Source: Ginkgo biloba
Taxonomy: Eukaryota > Plantae > Ginkgophyta
NCBI GenBank assembly: GCA_024626585.2
Contig: JANKJI020000002.1
Location: 24,590,111 to 24,613,903 of the forward strand
Reading direction: 5' to 3'
DNA: 23,793 nucleotides
Shown: positions 22,556 to 23,793 of the stretch, in pieces
Numbering within the stretch: position 1 is the first letter of the stretch
Layout of the letters: the number at the start of each line of letters is the position of its first letter
Position numbers and translations under genes: made by a program
The notes under the pieces: model-generated
Databases searched by the model: none
Told to the model about the DNA's origin: nothing
What the model saw: only the letters and a program-made list of their open reading frames with translations

Positions 22556-23439
22556 NNNNNNNNNNNNNNNNNNNNNNNNNNNNNNNNNNNNNNNNNNNNN
22601 NNNNNNNNNNNNNNNNNNNNNNNNNNNNNNNNNNNNNNNNNNNNNNNNNNNNNNNTGAGCATATTTCTATTGAGTTGAGGCATATTTCTCTTTTTTTTTC
22701 CTACCATTATAACTAGTGTTTCTTGAGGGATCTTGCTTGTGGTAATGGATCTCATCTGCAAGGGTTCTTATACCATCTATTTAATCTCATACGTCATTTT
22801 CTACCATTTGCAACACTAATCTTAACCCATTCCCTCTCCTAGGATTGAGCACAATCATTTATATGCCTTTTCAAACCATATTCAAGGTACCATACACATC
22901 ATGCATATGTATACATAGGCATATGTGCATATTGTTACATACAAGGTGTGTTTATTAATACTCAATGACATAATGCACTTAAAAGACACATATAGGACAA
23001 ACATATGCATATACATAATCCGTTAAATGCCAAATGCATTAAACACATGTATGCATATAACATTGGGAAATTAACCTGAACCCTCCTATATCCTTATGCA
23101 TAACCTTGCACTTTAGAGTTGTATTATAGGAGAGGGATCTAAGGATAACTACCCCTCTCACCTAGATCTATAAAATCTTTACATTATCAATTCACTTATA
23201 AATTAATATGTAATAGTATATCAATCATATAAATTGGCAATCCTAGCATAATACATATCCATGTGTTAGCTCGCTAACTCATATCCATAAAGTAAGAGTT
23301 TCATATAGTAGTCCTAAGTAAATAATTAACACACATAATTTCCACGATATATAACTAGAAGTGTTTGTAATCATACAATAACTAAATTTAATCAATAATA
23401 ACCATTTCCATGCTAATCCCATGGCCTATGTGAGGCCAT

Positions 23440-23444
<5 letters not shown>

Positions 23445-23470
<26 letters not shown>

Positions 23471-23492
23471 AGACAGAGAGAGAGAGAGAGAG
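23445..23492. repeat. Compound microsatellite (TG)13 followed by an imperfect (AG)n
   Basis: Seen directly. Confidence 0.95.
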
Positions 23493-23780
23493 GTCGCTAA
23501 TATAACAACCCTAGGACTTGTACCCAACTAACCCGATACCTTGAATTGCACCCAATGTGGTAATCATAAATTTTTAATGTGGGACTAAACACACTCATAC
23601 CCAAGAAAAAGAGTAATGATTTTAATGTTGTAGAAATAATGTGAAGATGCGTACATAGGCTTATTGGATGGCTTCTATAACCCACATGAAATCAAAGTTT
23701 GCACCACATAAGTCCACTCAATGCTCAACCCTTCTAAATATTTATTCATACCAAATAAAGGGAGGTTGCTAACATGACAA

Positions 23781-23793
23781 CCCTAGGAGTTGC
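23781..23793 (-). promoter_or_regulatory. Possible truncated Tat/Ogre-type PBS at the window edge
   Basis: Minus strand GCAACTCCTAGGG resembles (TG)GCGACTCC(A)CTGGGG and the motif at 2250-2268. Bases 22656-23780 would then be a 5' leader. Confidence 0.35.

Noticed and set aside
1-23793. CRISPR array, tRNA/rRNA, prokaryotic operon or defence system
   Set aside because: No regularly spaced repeats, no structured-RNA signatures and no gene-dense intact ORFs. The content is eukaryotic transposon debris.

Overview
This is AT-rich, strongly CpG-depleted eukaryotic DNA broken by 18 N-gaps, 11 of them exactly 100 N (placeholder size). No intact host gene, RNA gene or CRISPR array is supported. The window is a patchwork of old, decayed plant LTR-retrotransposon pieces. 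They include a Ty3/Gypsy (Tat/Ogre-like) RT-RNaseH-integrase on the minus strand (about 18500-20754), a Gypsy gag-protease (15708-16930, +), a second Gypsy gag (3441-3661, +), a Ty1/Copia gag with a decayed zinc knuckle (8592-9110, +), and several short LTRs with PBS/PPT signals. The sequence style suggests a large plant genome, probably a gymnosperm (inference from remembered family motifs, not a database search). The most informative structure is four copies of one uncharacterised retroelement accessory ORF. Three minus-strand copies share the same 17-bp frameshifting duplication and a 1-nt deletion, while a divergent plus-strand copy keeps the ancestral frame at both sites. Also notable are a ~1.1-kb CpG-retaining island (6450-7550), a decayed fold-back element (18172-18495), and repeated pairing of homologous repeats across gaps, which may be an assembly artefact. 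I did not find convincing evidence of a new functional system.
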